Positions 7,901-16,746 of a stretch of 26,576 nucleotides of DNA are shown here, piece after piece. This stretch comes from a virus. Its lineage: Duplodnaviria > Caudoviricetes. The stretch spans positions 1-26,576 of IMG/VR virus record IMGVR_UViG_3300044724_000347; one strand, given 5' to 3'. The translations under genes were made by a program, and so were the position numbers. A model generated the notes under the pieces. The model saw nothing but the letters and a program-made list of their open reading frames with translations. It was not told the DNA's origin and did no database searches. Each line of letters opens with the position of its first letter. Within the stretch, counting starts at the first letter, position 1.

Positions 7901-9408
7901 TGGCATGGTATAACAACATCTTTAATAGAAATGAAGTCAAGACAAAAAAACGTCAAGCCTATAGAAGATCTTATTCTGGTGCTAATGCAGGAAGATTGTT
8001 TGCAGATTTTTTAACTACTTCCACCAGTGCCGATGCTGAAATAAAAGACAACATACGAGTCCTTAGAGACAGAGCAAGAGAGTTAGCAAGAAACGATAGC
8101 TATATTGCTAGATACTTAAATCTGATGGTGTCTAATGTTATCGGTAAGCATGGCATAAGAGTTAGCTCTAAGGCGAGACTAGATGACCCTGTTAACATGG
8201 GTAAGCTAGACCTAAGAGCTAACCAGTCCATTGAGGAAGCATGGCATGAGTGGACAAGATTAGGAAATTGCACAACTAACAAAAGACTGACTTTCTTAGA
8301 TTGTCAGAAAATATTTATTGAATCTCTTTGCAGAGATGGTGAAGTTTTAATCAGAAAAATCAAAGATCTTAAATCACCTTTTGGATTTAGAATTCAATTC
8401 TTAGAAGCAGATCATTTAGATGAAAATAAAAATGATTACTACAAAGAAACTGGTAATCGTATCAAGATGGGTGTTGAGGTAGATAAGTTTGATACACCTG
8501 TAGCCTATCACTTATACAAAGATCATCCTTACGAAAGAACCTACCTAAACAAGAACCAACACATTAGAGTTCCTGCTGATGAAATCATTCATGCTTTCTT
8601 ACCACAAAGAGCAGAGCAGACTAGGGGCGTATCTTTAGTTGCAACAGCTATGTCCAATGTCAAAATGTATTCAGGCTATATGGAAGCAGAGGTCGTTGCA
8701 GCACGTGTATCTGCAAGTAAGATGGGATTCTTTGTAAGTCCAGATGGTGACGGTTACGTTGGTGATGGAGCATACGAAGACGGATTCAGTCCAACTATGA
8801 ATGCTCAAGCAGGTGTCTTTGAACAGCTACCTGCAGGAATGGACTTTAAAGCATTTGACCCAAACCATCCTACATCTGCTTTTGAATCATTCACAAAAAC
8901 TGTGCTTAGAAGTATCGCATCTGGTTTAAACATTTCTTATCATTCGCTTTCCAACGATTTAACTTCTGTGAACTACAGCTCTATCAGACAGGGAGCTTTA
9001 GAAGATCGCAGTATGTATCAGATCTATCAACAGTTTGTAATCGAACACTTCATTGAGCCAATTTTTAGATCATGGTTAGAAATGGCAGTTTCAACAAACT
9101 ACATTAAACTTCCTGTTTCTAAAGTTGATCAATTTGCTAATGCGGTCACATTTATTCCAAGAAGTTTTGCTTGGATAGACCCATTAAAAGAAATGCAATC
9201 TAATGTTATAGGACTACAAAATGGAACTCTTACCTATTCTGATATCTGTGCTTCTTACGGTAGAGATACAGAAGAATTGTTTGAACAACATCAAAAAGAA
9301 ATAGAACTAGCCAAGCAGTACGGAATAGAACTAGCTTATCAACCATTCGGTGCAAAACTTCCTGTAGAAGCAAACATACAGGGTGGAGAGGATGACGATG
9401 AGCTATAA
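7900..9408 (+). CDS. Portal protein, lambda family
   Basis: LRDRARELARND, RDGEV, LEADHLD, MGVEVD, RVPADEIIH...Q.RGV, IASGLNISY..LSND...VNYSSIR and WIDPLKE. Confidence 0.97.
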   Translation: MAWYNNIFNRNEVKTKKRQAYRRSYSGANAGRLFADFLTTSTSADAEIKDNIRVLRDRARELARNDSYIARYLNLMVSNVIGKHGIRVSSKARLDDPVNMGKLDLRANQSIEEAWHEWTRLGNCTTNKRLTFLDCQKIFIESLCRDGEVLIRKIKDLKSPFGFRIQFLEADHLDENKNDYYKETGNRIKMGVEVDKFDTPVAYHLYKDHPYERTYLNKNQHIRVPADEIIHAFLPQRAEQTRGVSLVATAMSNVKMYSGYMEAEVVAARVSASKMGFFVSPDGDGYVGDGAYEDGFSPTMNAQAGVFEQLPAGMDFKAFDPNHPTSAFESFTKTVLRSIASGLNISYHSLSNDLTSVNYSSIRQGALEDRSMYQIYQQFVIEHFIEPIFRSWLEMAVSTNYIKLPVSKVDQFANAVTFIPRSFAWIDPLKEMQSNVIGLQNGTLTYSDICASYGRDTEELFEQHQKEIELAKQYGIELAYQPFGAKLPVEANIQGGEDDDEL

Positions 9409-12226
9409 ACCAACTGAAGGCATGGTCACTGAAGCTCAAAGAGGTTTAGATTGGCGAAGAGAACATGGCAGAGGTGGCACTGAAGTTGGTATTGCTAGAG
9501 CAAGAGATATTGTTAATGGCAAGAATCTTTCTGAATCTACCGTCAAAAGAATGTATAGCTTCTTTTCAAGGCATGAAGTAGATAAGCAGGGCGAAGGATT
9601 CTCACAAGGAGAAGACGGATACCCATCTAACGGAAGAATTGCATGGGCATTGTGGGGTGGAGATGCAGGCTATTCTTGGTCAAGACAAATTGTTGAAAGA
9701 TTAAAGAAAGAAGAAGAAAGAATGTACGAAGCTAGACCATATCCCAACGAACATGCAGCAAGAATTAATAATCCAGATAAATACGTTGAATTTGCAAGAG
9801 ACAATGATGAGTTTGGTTCAGGCATACACGTTATTTATGGAATATTAGAAGATCGAAGCTCAGAAGTTCAATCAATAAGATTCGATTCAAGCAAGTTCAC
9901 ACCAGATGAAGCTAAGGCATGGCTAGAAGAACACGATTATGATTATATTGAGTTTGAAGAAGCTATTGAAGAAAGAGCTGTATCTGGAAAAGCTCTTGAA
10001 ATGATTAAGAACAAAGTAGAAGAACACAACGAAGAAGTTGGAGATGTAGCATCTAAAAGAACTACAGTAGGAACATTATCAAAAGTTTATGAACGTGGGA
10101 TTGGAGCATATAAAACTAATCCTGCATCAGTAAGACCTAATGTTAGCTCACCTGAACAATGGGCAGCAGCTAGGATAAATTCATTTCTTTTTGCTTTAAG
10201 GAATGGTAAATTTAGAAGTGGGAAGCATGACACTGATTTGCTTCCTGAAGGACATCCGTTATCCACAAAAAACAAGGAGAAGACAATGGATAATAAAGAA
10301 GACAGACATATTCTTGCAGTGAATGAAACTGATGATTCTGTTGTCATTACATTTGCTAAAGAACATGAAGAAGATATGGAAGAGTCTGAACCAGTAGAAA
10401 TAGTGGATGAGGAAAATTCCATGCATGATGAAGAAGAAAGAAAGGTGGTTGATCTTATGAGATACAGAACCATTGATCTTTCCAGAGCTGATCATATTGA
10501 CGAAGAAAATCGCAGGGTCAGAGTTGGAGTATCTTCTGAATCACCAGTAGATAGAAGTTTTGGAAGAGAAGTCTTAGGACATAGAGCAGAAGATATTGAC
10601 ATGGAATTTATGTCAAGCGGTACTGCTCCTTTTCTATTAGATCATGATATGACCAAGCAAATTGGTGTTATCGAAGAGTTCAAACTAGACGAGACTGCTA
10701 AGAGGACAATTGCAGTAGTTAGATTTGGAAAATCTGCTCTTGCTCGAGAAGTGTTTGAAGATGTAAAAGACGGAATTCGCATGAATATATCCGTTGGATA
10801 CAAAATAAATAAAATGGAACGTGTCAGCGATGATAAAGGAGACTACTACAGAGCTAACTGGACACCTTTAGAGGTAAGTTCAGTTGCAGTACCTGCAGAT
10901 CAGTCAAAAGCTGTCGGAGTTGGTCGTTCTGAAACTAACCTTAATTTCAAACAGGAAATAAAAATGGAAAAAGAAATTAAACAAGATATTAATCTTGACG
11001 AGGTTAGATCTAAAACTGTTGAAGAAGCTAAAGCTGAGTTCAAAAGAAACTCTAAAGAGATCATTGATCTAGCTGTTAGACACAACAAAAGAGATCTAGC
11101 TGATAAAGCAATTTCTGAAGGTATTTCTGTGGAAGAATTTAGAGGTGTCCTCTTAGAGAATATCGCTAATGACAAACCATTAGAAACACCATCAGATATA
11201 GGTATGACAGCTAAAGAAGTCAAAAGATTTAGCGTAGTAAAAGCTCTTAGAGCTTTAGCTAATCCAACTGACAGAAAAGCTCAAGCTGATGCAGCATTTG
11301 AATTTGAATGTTCAGAAGAAGCTGCAAGACAAAATGGAACAACTGCACAAGGCATCATGCTTCCTGCAGACGTTCTAGCTCAATGGGGTCAGAGAGACAT
11401 TAACTCATCTGATGATTCAACTTTAATCCCTCAGGATTTCAAAGGTGGAGATTTCATTGACGTTCTAAGAAACCAATCTTCAGTTATGGCTGCAGGTGCA
11501 ACTATGTTACGTGGTCTTCAAGGCTCTGTAGTTATACCTAAGAAAACTGCTGCTTCTAGCGGTGGTTGGATTGCTACTGAAGGAAATGCTGCTTCTGAAT
11601 CAGAGTTCACATCTGGAAGCGTAACCATGTCACCTAAAGTGATTGGTGCTTACACAGATGTTACTAGATTGCTTTTACAACAAAGCTCACTAGACATCGA
11701 GAACTTGATCAGAGATGATCTTACTCAATCAATTGCTATCGCTATTGACTTGGGTGCATTAGCAGGTTCTGGTTCTTCAGGACAACCTACAGGTGTCAAA
11801 AACACTTCTGGTGTTAACACAACTACATTTGCAGCAGCTAACCCAACTTTCGGTGAGATCGTTGGAATGGAATCTGCAGTTGCAGCAGACAATGCTTTAT
11901 TAGGCAATTTGTCTTACATTTGTAAGCCTGCTGACTACGGTACATTGAAAACTACTTCTAAAGATTCAGGTAGTGGTCAATTTGTAGTTGAGCCAGATGG
12001 CAGAATGAATGGCTACAACGTAGTTAGATCAAATCAAGTTACTTCAGGTGATTTCTACTTTGGTAACTTTGGTGATCTATTAATTGGTATGTATGGTTCT
12101 CTTGATATCACAGTTGACCCTTATAGCCTATCTAACACTGGTTCTATTAGAATCGTTGCTCTTCAAACAGTTGATGTAGCAGTTAGACATGCTGTTAGCT
12201 TCTGTGTATCTAATGACGGTGCATAA
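9398..12226 (+). CDS. Capsid polyprotein: three accessory N-terminal domains + HK97-type prohead protease + scaffold + major capsid protein
   Basis: Protease motifs SSE.PV.R, PFLLDHD..QIGVI, NISVGY, PLEVSSVAVPAD. HK97-fold MCP motifs FIDVLRN.S.V..AGAT.L.GL.G...IPK, WIATEG, GSGSSGQP.G, FGNF.DL..G. Start placed at ATG 9398 after GGAGAGG (the ORF track opens at GTG 9383; ATG 9392 is also possible). Confidence 0.93.
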   Translation: MSYKPTEGMVTEAQRGLDWRREHGRGGTEVGIARARDIVNGKNLSESTVKRMYSFFSRHEVDKQGEGFSQGEDGYPSNGRIAWALWGGDAGYSWSRQIVERLKKEEERMYEARPYPNEHAARINNPDKYVEFARDNDEFGSGIHVIYGILEDRSSEVQSIRFDSSKFTPDEAKAWLEEHDYDYIEFEEAIEERAVSGKALEMIKNKVEEHNEEVGDVASKRTTVGTLSKVYERGIGAYKTNPASVRPNVSSPEQWAAARINSFLFALRNGKFRSGKHDTDLLPEGHPLSTKNKEKTMDNKEDRHILAVNETDDSVVITFAKEHEEDMEESEPVEIVDEENSMHDEEERKVVDLMRYRTIDLSRADHIDEENRRVRVGVSSESPVDRSFGREVLGHRAEDIDMEFMSSGTAPFLLDHDMTKQIGVIEEFKLDETAKRTIAVVRFGKSALAREVFEDVKDGIRMNISVGYKINKMERVSDDKGDYYRANWTPLEVSSVAVPADQSKAVGVGRSETNLNFKQEIKMEKEIKQDINLDEVRSKTVEEAKAEFKRNSKEIIDLAVRHNKRDLADKAISEGISVEEFRGVLLENIANDKPLETPSDIGMTAKEVKRFSVVKALRALANPTDRKAQADAAFEFECSEEAARQNGTTAQGIMLPADVLAQWGQRDINSSDDSTLIPQDFKGGDFIDVLRNQSSVMAAGATMLRGLQGSVVIPKKTAASSGGWIATEGNAASESEFTSGSVTMSPKVIGAYTDVTRLLLQQSSLDIENLIRDDLTQSIAIAIDLGALAGSGSSGQPTGVKNTSGVNTTTFAAANPTFGEIVGMESAVAADNALLGNLSYICKPADYGTLKTTSKDSGSGQFVVEPDGRMNGYNVVRSNQVTSGDFYFGNFGDLLIGMYGSLDITVDPYSLSNTGSIRIVALQTVDVAVRHAVSFCVSNDGA

Positions 12227-12245
12227 TAGTTAATGCTTACTTGGA

Positions 12246-12267
12246 ATGGGGGGAGTAATCCCCCCAT
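12246..12267 (+). terminator. Stem-loop after the capsid gene (leaky terminator or mRNA stabiliser)
   Basis: ATGGGGGGA-GTAA-TCCCCCCAT is a perfect 9-bp stem with a GNRA tetraloop; only a weak U-tract (CTT) follows. Confidence 0.7.
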
Positions 12268-12274
12268 CTTAAAT

Positions 12275-12487
12275 ATGAAAAAATTTTTAATTACACAAGA
12301 TACAGTGGCGAAAGGCGAAAGAGTCAAAGCAGGAGATGTGGTTGAACTTCCTGAAGACGTAGGTTATGAGCTATGTGCTTATGGCAAAGCTACTCCACAC
12401 ATTGAAAAAGCTAAACCAAAAAAAGAAAATAGAAGCGTGGGTTTAGAAAGCTCAGAGGAAGCTCCTAAGAAAAGAGCTAAAAAATAA
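12275..12487 (+). CDS. Small head-associated protein (lambda gpFI position), 70 aa
   Basis: Start moved from 12233 to ATG 12275 because the upstream codons lie in the hairpin. GERVKAGDVVEL...L...GKA followed by a Lys-rich tail is typical of the small gene after an MCP. Confidence 0.65.
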   Translation: MKKFLITQDTVAKGERVKAGDVVELPEDVGYELCAYGKATPHIEKAKPKKENRSVGLESSEEAPKKRAKK

Positions 12488-12888
12488 TGCCACCTATCGA
12501 AAGTGCTGCAGATTTTACTTCTTATCTTGATACCACAACAGGACACGGAGTAACTGCAACATTTTTCGAGACTGGTGCTTTATGGGATGATTTCCCCTTA
12601 ATAGATACTCTTGGTTTTATAGATGATGGGTTATCTGTTCTAGTCAAACTTATCATTGATCAAGAATATTTCAACATACAAGGTGAATCAGTTAATGTTG
12701 CAGGTCATCAACCTAGAGCAATCATTAAATATTCTGATGCACCTAATGTTTCACAAAACGACAAAATCGTTGTTGATGCAATTACCACAGATCAAGGTAA
12801 TGTCTTAAAAGCACAAACAGAATTCAGAGTCAGGGTTGTCGAGCCAGATAACACAGGCATGGTTTCACTTGTGCTTGAGGAGCAATAA
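12487..12888 (+). CDS. Head-tail joining / head-closure protein (gpFII-like), paralogue 1
   Basis: Synteny; beta-rich; ends FRVRVVEPDNTGMVSLVLEEQ, typical of head-closure proteins. Confidence 0.7.
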   Translation: MPPIESAADFTSYLDTTTGHGVTATFFETGALWDDFPLIDTLGFIDDGLSVLVKLIIDQEYFNIQGESVNVAGHQPRAIIKYSDAPNVSQNDKIVVDAITTDQGNVLKAQTEFRVRVVEPDNTGMVSLVLEEQ

Positions 12889-13238
12889 TGTCTCAGTTTA
12901 GATTAGAGACAGAAGCAGATATGACCGCTTATCTTGATATTAATTATGGTCATGCAATCACTGCAACTTATACAAGAAACGATATAGATTCTACCATTAA
13001 CATTATCTTAAATAATGAATACGTAGAACAAGAAGAAGGCATAGGAGTAGAAGCATTAAAACCTATCGCCTATTGCAGAACCGTAGATGCTCCTAATGCA
13101 TCTTACGGAGACACATTAGCAGCAAGTGCTGTTACTGATGTAGAAGGAAACGTACTAAAAGCAGCACAAACTTACACCATAGTAAATGTGCAAACAGACA
13201 GAACAGGTTTTACAGCTATGGAGCTAGAGGAAGTATAA
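12888..13238 (+). CDS. Head-tail joining / head-closure protein (gpFII-like), paralogue 2
   Basis: Aligns end to end with the previous ORF; ends YTIVNVQTDRTGFTAMELEEV. Confidence 0.7.
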   Translation: MSQFRLETEADMTAYLDINYGHAITATYTRNDIDSTINIILNNEYVEQEEGIGVEALKPIAYCRTVDAPNASYGDTLAASAVTDVEGNVLKAAQTYTIVNVQTDRTGFTAMELEEV

Positions 13239-13676
13239 ATGTCTCATGTAAGACAACAGATCAGAGAATACTTTGGAACTACATTAACTGGTTTAACAAC
13301 TACAGGTTCTAACGTAACTGAATCAAGGGTTTATCCTCTTGAAACATTACCTGCTTTAGTTATTTATACTAAATCAGAAAGCTCAGAACCTATGGTTATC
13401 GGAACAAACAGAGTATTAATGAGAGAACTAGAAGTTGCAGTAGAAGGCTATGCAAAAGCTACTACCAACTTTGATGATACTATTGATACAATATGCAAAG
13501 AGGTAGAAGAAGCAATATCAGCAGATGTAACATTAGGCGGTATTGCAAAAGATGCATTCATCAATTCTACTGAAATTAATTTTAACGGAGAAGGCGAAAA
13601 GCCTTTGGGTTACGTAAATATGACATTCTTGGTTCAGTATCATACTCAAGAACAAGATGTTGAAACAGCAGTTTAG
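13239..13676 (+). CDS. Tail terminator (gpU-like)
   Basis: MSHVRQQIR...SRVYP...LPALVIY...D.I..EVE.A...D.TLGG pattern; acidic; lies just before the tail tube gene. Confidence 0.75.
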   Translation: MSHVRQQIREYFGTTLTGLTTTGSNVTESRVYPLETLPALVIYTKSESSEPMVIGTNRVLMRELEVAVEGYAKATTNFDDTIDTICKEVEEAISADVTLGGIAKDAFINSTEINFNGEGEKPLGYVNMTFLVQYHTQEQDVETAV

Positions 13677-13685
13677 GAGACAAAC

Positions 13686-13847
13686 ATGAAAATGATTAGT
13701 CCAGATGGAAAAGTTTCTATAGATGCTCATCCTTCTAAGGTTGAAAGTCTAAAGAATAAGGGTTGGAAAGAAGAAGCAGCCCAAACAAAAATTAAATCTT
13801 CTTCTAAAAAGTCGAAAGACGAGGTAATTGAAAATGGCGACACATAA
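13686..13847 (+). CDS. Small hypothetical protein, 53 aa (MKMISPDGKVSIDAHPSKVESLKNKGWKEEAAQTKIKSSSKKSKDEVIENGDT); not in the ORF track
   Basis: AGGAG RBS at 13675-13679; fills the gap between the terminator and tube genes and overlaps the tube start. Confidence 0.7.
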   Translation: MKMISPDGKVSIDAHPSKVESLKNKGWKEEAAQTKIKSSSKKSKDEVIENGDT

Positions 13848-14223
13848 AGGTAGTGAAGGCGTTATCAAGGTTGGTAGCAATTCTGTAGCTGAGATTAGAT
13901 CTTATTCTATAGAAGAATCTGCTGATACTCTTGAAGATACTTCAATGGGTGATTCTGCAAGAACCTATAAAACATCATTAACTTCTTTTTCTGGAAGTTT
14001 AGATGTGTTCTGGGATGAAACTGATACTTCTGGGCAGGGTGCATTAAGCATAGGTTCAGAGGTTACATTGAATGTTTATCCTGAGGGAGATACTGCAGGT
14101 GACACTTATTATACTGGTACTGCTATTGTTACAGGTGTTTCTAGATCAGCTTCATTCGATGGACTCGTGGAAGCAAGCATCTCTGTGCAAGGTTCAGGTT
14201 CATTAACTGAAAGCACTGTTTGA
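13834..14223 (+). CDS. Major tail tube protein
   Basis: G.EGVIKVG...VAEIRSYSIE..ADTLE.T.MGD..R.Y..L..FSGS...WD...GQ...YPEG...YTG.AIVT; GAGG RBS before ATG 13834; precedes the chaperone and tape measure genes. Confidence 0.88.
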   Translation: MATHKGSEGVIKVGSNSVAEIRSYSIEESADTLEDTSMGDSARTYKTSLTSFSGSLDVFWDETDTSGQGALSIGSEVTLNVYPEGDTAGDTYYTGTAIVTGVSRSASFDGLVEASISVQGSGSLTESTV

Positions 14224-14227
14224 TAAC

Positions 14228-14563
14228 ATGAAAGCAATAGAAAACGCTAAAAGGCATTTTGATTCTTTAGGAATCAAGAAGATCGAAGTACCAGAATGGG
14301 GAGACGAAGGTCAACCTTTAATTATTTATGCAAAGCCATTAACTTTAGCTGAGATGTCTAGGTTGCAGAAATATGCAAAAGATAATGACGTTGAGTTGAT
14401 GGCTCATTGCATAATACAAAAAGCACTTGATGAGAATATGGAAAAAATATTTGATTTAGGTGACAAACATGATTTGATGCATCATGTGGATAAGGATGTT
14501 TTGGCTAGGGTGGCAGGAGACATCATGACTAGCATCACTGTGGAAGAGCAAGAAAAAAAGTAG
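14228..14563 (+). CDS. Tail assembly chaperone (gpG equivalent)
   Basis: IEVPEWG motif; lies between tube and tape measure; ends in slippery A AAA AAG directly before TAG. Confidence 0.85.
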   Translation: MKAIENAKRHFDSLGIKKIEVPEWGDEGQPLIIYAKPLTLAEMSRLQKYAKDNDVELMAHCIIQKALDENMEKIFDLGDKHDLMHHVDKDVLARVAGDIMTSITVEEQEKK

Positions 14564-14715
14564 CTACAGATAAGGAATTGTTTGCTAAATACTATCTTGC
14601 TGAACTGTTAAGTTGTACAGTTGAAGAGCTAGAAGAAAAAATGACCTTATCTGAATTTAACGGATGGATTGCATATTTGCAGGAAAAAAAGAAACAGATA
14701 GAAAATGGCAAGTAA
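14560..14715 (+). CDS. gpT-equivalent extension reached by -1 programmed frameshift (VATDKELFAKYYLAELLSCTVEELEEKMTLSEFNGWIAYLQEKKKQIENGK)
   Basis: The -1 frame after heptamer AAAAAAG (14554-14560) is open to TAA at 14713-14715. LA..L..TV.EL...M...E...W.AY is the usual T-segment pattern, and there is no independent start at its 5' end. Confidence 0.85.
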   Translation, partial: VATDKELFAKYYLAELLSCTVEELEEKMTLSEFNGWIAYLQEKKKQIENGK

Positions 14716-16144
14716 TTACAAACTCAGAATAACAGCTCAAGATCAAACCAAACAGGCTTTTAATTCTGTTAATAAAAATCTTAATAAAATTAAAGGTGCT
14801 TTAGCTGTTGCATTCTCAACAGCAGTAATTGCTAATTTTGCAAGACAGACTTTAGAGCTTGCAGATACCATTGGTAAGACTGCTGATTCTATTGGTGTAT
14901 CAACAGAATTCCTACAAAGATATCAATTCGCAGCTCAACAATCTGGATTAAGCACAGAGGAGTTCAACAAAGGCTTGCAAACATTCGCTAAGAATGTTGG
15001 TCAAGCTCAGATGAGAACTCTTGAAGCAGGTAAGAGCTTAGAGAGGATAGGTGTCAGTCTTCGCAATGCAGACGGAAGTGCAAAAAGTGCAGAACAAATA
15101 TTTGTAGAGCTTTTCAAAGCTATGGACAATGTAGAATCTAGCACTAGAAAAGCAGGCATCATGGCAGATCTGTTCGGTAGAGCAGGTGTGAAATTAGCTG
15201 TGATGGGTAAAGACGGTTCAGCAGCTCTTGATGAATTAAAAAATTCTGCAACAGGCATCATACCTGAAGACACTATCAGACAAGCAGAAATCTTTAACGA
15301 CACCATGAATGAGTTAAAGAGAGAAGTCTTGCTTCCATTGCAAGGGGTGGTTATAGCTACCGCTAATTCATTTCTAGATTTATTAGATGCTATCGGCATG
15401 ATAGAACGTAAATCAACGACAGCACAAATACAGCAAGAAATTAAAGATTTAGAATCAGTCTTAGACGGCACGGTTAATAAATCTACTATTTTGGGTGGCA
15501 AAATTGATGGTGTAATGAATATCTTTAGAAGGGTATTTAGAGCAGGTGTCAAAGATACCACAGAGATAAAAGATGCAATTGCAGCTTTAAAAGAAGAATT
15601 AGATAATTTACCGCCTGCAACTGATGGTTTTAGATTCTCTATGGAGAAATCATTAAATACAGTTGAGACATTTACTAAAAAATTAGAAACAGGAATGACA
15701 GGTGGATTTAAAAAGTTCTTTGATTTTACAGATAAAGAATTTATGAACTTTGAAAGTTTGGCTCAAAGCGTAGTCAAAACAGTTATAGATGAATTAATTA
15801 GAGTATTTATCATCGAGAAAATGGTTTCTAGCATTTCTTCTACCTTTGGAAATATTGGTCGTGCTTTTGGCTTGCCTGAGTTTGACGGTGGTGGTTACAC
15901 TGGTTCAGGAGTAAGGTCAGGCGGTTTAGATGGTAAGGGTGGATTTATGGCAATGCTTCATCCTAATGAAACAGTTGTTGATCATACAAGAGGACAAGCT
16001 GCAGGCGGTGGAGCTACTGTAAACTTTAATATATCAGCAGTAGATGCAGCAGGATTTGATGAATTGCTTGCATCAAGAAAGGGAATGATCACAGCTATTA
16101 TAAATAACGCTATGAATCAAAGAGGTAAGATGGGTGTAATATGA
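14705..16144 (+). CDS. Tail tape measure protein (short, 479 aa)
   Basis: LRITAQDQTKQAF N-terminus, helical Ala-rich body with LFGRAG, and C-terminal FDGGGYTG...GGLDGKGGF.AMLHPNETV seen in lambda H-like tape measures. Confidence 0.92.
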   Translation: MASNYKLRITAQDQTKQAFNSVNKNLNKIKGALAVAFSTAVIANFARQTLELADTIGKTADSIGVSTEFLQRYQFAAQQSGLSTEEFNKGLQTFAKNVGQAQMRTLEAGKSLERIGVSLRNADGSAKSAEQIFVELFKAMDNVESSTRKAGIMADLFGRAGVKLAVMGKDGSAALDELKNSATGIIPEDTIRQAEIFNDTMNELKREVLLPLQGVVIATANSFLDLLDAIGMIERKSTTAQIQQEIKDLESVLDGTVNKSTILGGKIDGVMNIFRRVFRAGVKDTTEIKDAIAALKEELDNLPPATDGFRFSMEKSLNTVETFTKKLETGMTGGFKKFFDFTDKEFMNFESLAQSVVKTVIDELIRVFIIEKMVSSISSTFGNIGRAFGLPEFDGGGYTGSGVRSGGLDGKGGFMAMLHPNETVVDHTRGQAAGGGATVNFNISAVDAAGFDELLASRKGMITAIINNAMNQRGKMGVI

Positions 16145-16746
16145 GTGGTGCTTTTCCTACAAGTCCTAAGTTTAGGGCATTAGAATTTAAAAATGTAAGA
16201 CCAGTGATTATGAATCACAGTCTTTCTGGTAGAAGGGTTGCAAGGCAAATAGGTTCACAATATTTCACATTTACAGTTCAGATGCCACCATTGCAATACG
16301 ATGATGCTATGGATGTATTTGCATTCTTACAAAAACAAAAAGGTGGTTTTGAAACTTTTACAATTCAATATCCAACAGATAACAGAGGAGCTGACAAAAC
16401 AGAAACAGATATACAAGTAGTATCAGCTCATTCAGCTTCAGATGGAACGATAGACCTAGACGGTTTTTCTACATCAACATCTGGAGTTTTAAAAGCAGGA
16501 GATCTTATTTCTTTTGCAGGTCATTCAAAAGTTTACATGGTTCAAGCAGACGTAGATTCTGATGGAACTGGAGCTGCTACAGTATTAATAGAACCAAATC
16601 TTGCAACAACTCTTGCAGATAATGAAGCAGTAACAGTTAATAAACCAAGTTTTACAGTTTATCTAACATCTGAGGAAATTTTATTTACTACAGACCCATC
16701 TGGATTTTACAGCATACAGTTTGAAGTAAGAGAAGTTATCACATAA
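16141..16746 (+). CDS. Distal tail protein (Dit / gpM position)
   Basis: Follows the tape measure; SLSGR...R, AFLQKQKG.FETF, LKAGD.I.F..HSKVYMV. Confidence 0.7.
   Translation: MSGAFPTSPKFRALEFKNVRPVIMNHSLSGRRVARQIGSQYFTFTVQMPPLQYDDAMDVFAFLQKQKGGFETFTIQYPTDNRGADKTETDIQVVSAHSASDGTIDLDGFSTSTSGVLKAGDLISFAGHSKVYMVQADVDSDGTGAATVLIEPNLATTLADNEAVTVNKPSFTVYLTSEEILFTTDPSGFYSIQFEVREVIT

Noticed and set aside
12233-12274. Longer N-terminus (MLTWNGGSNPPILN) for the post-capsid gene
   Set aside because: These codons are the G/C hairpin; ATG 12275 is the more plausible start.
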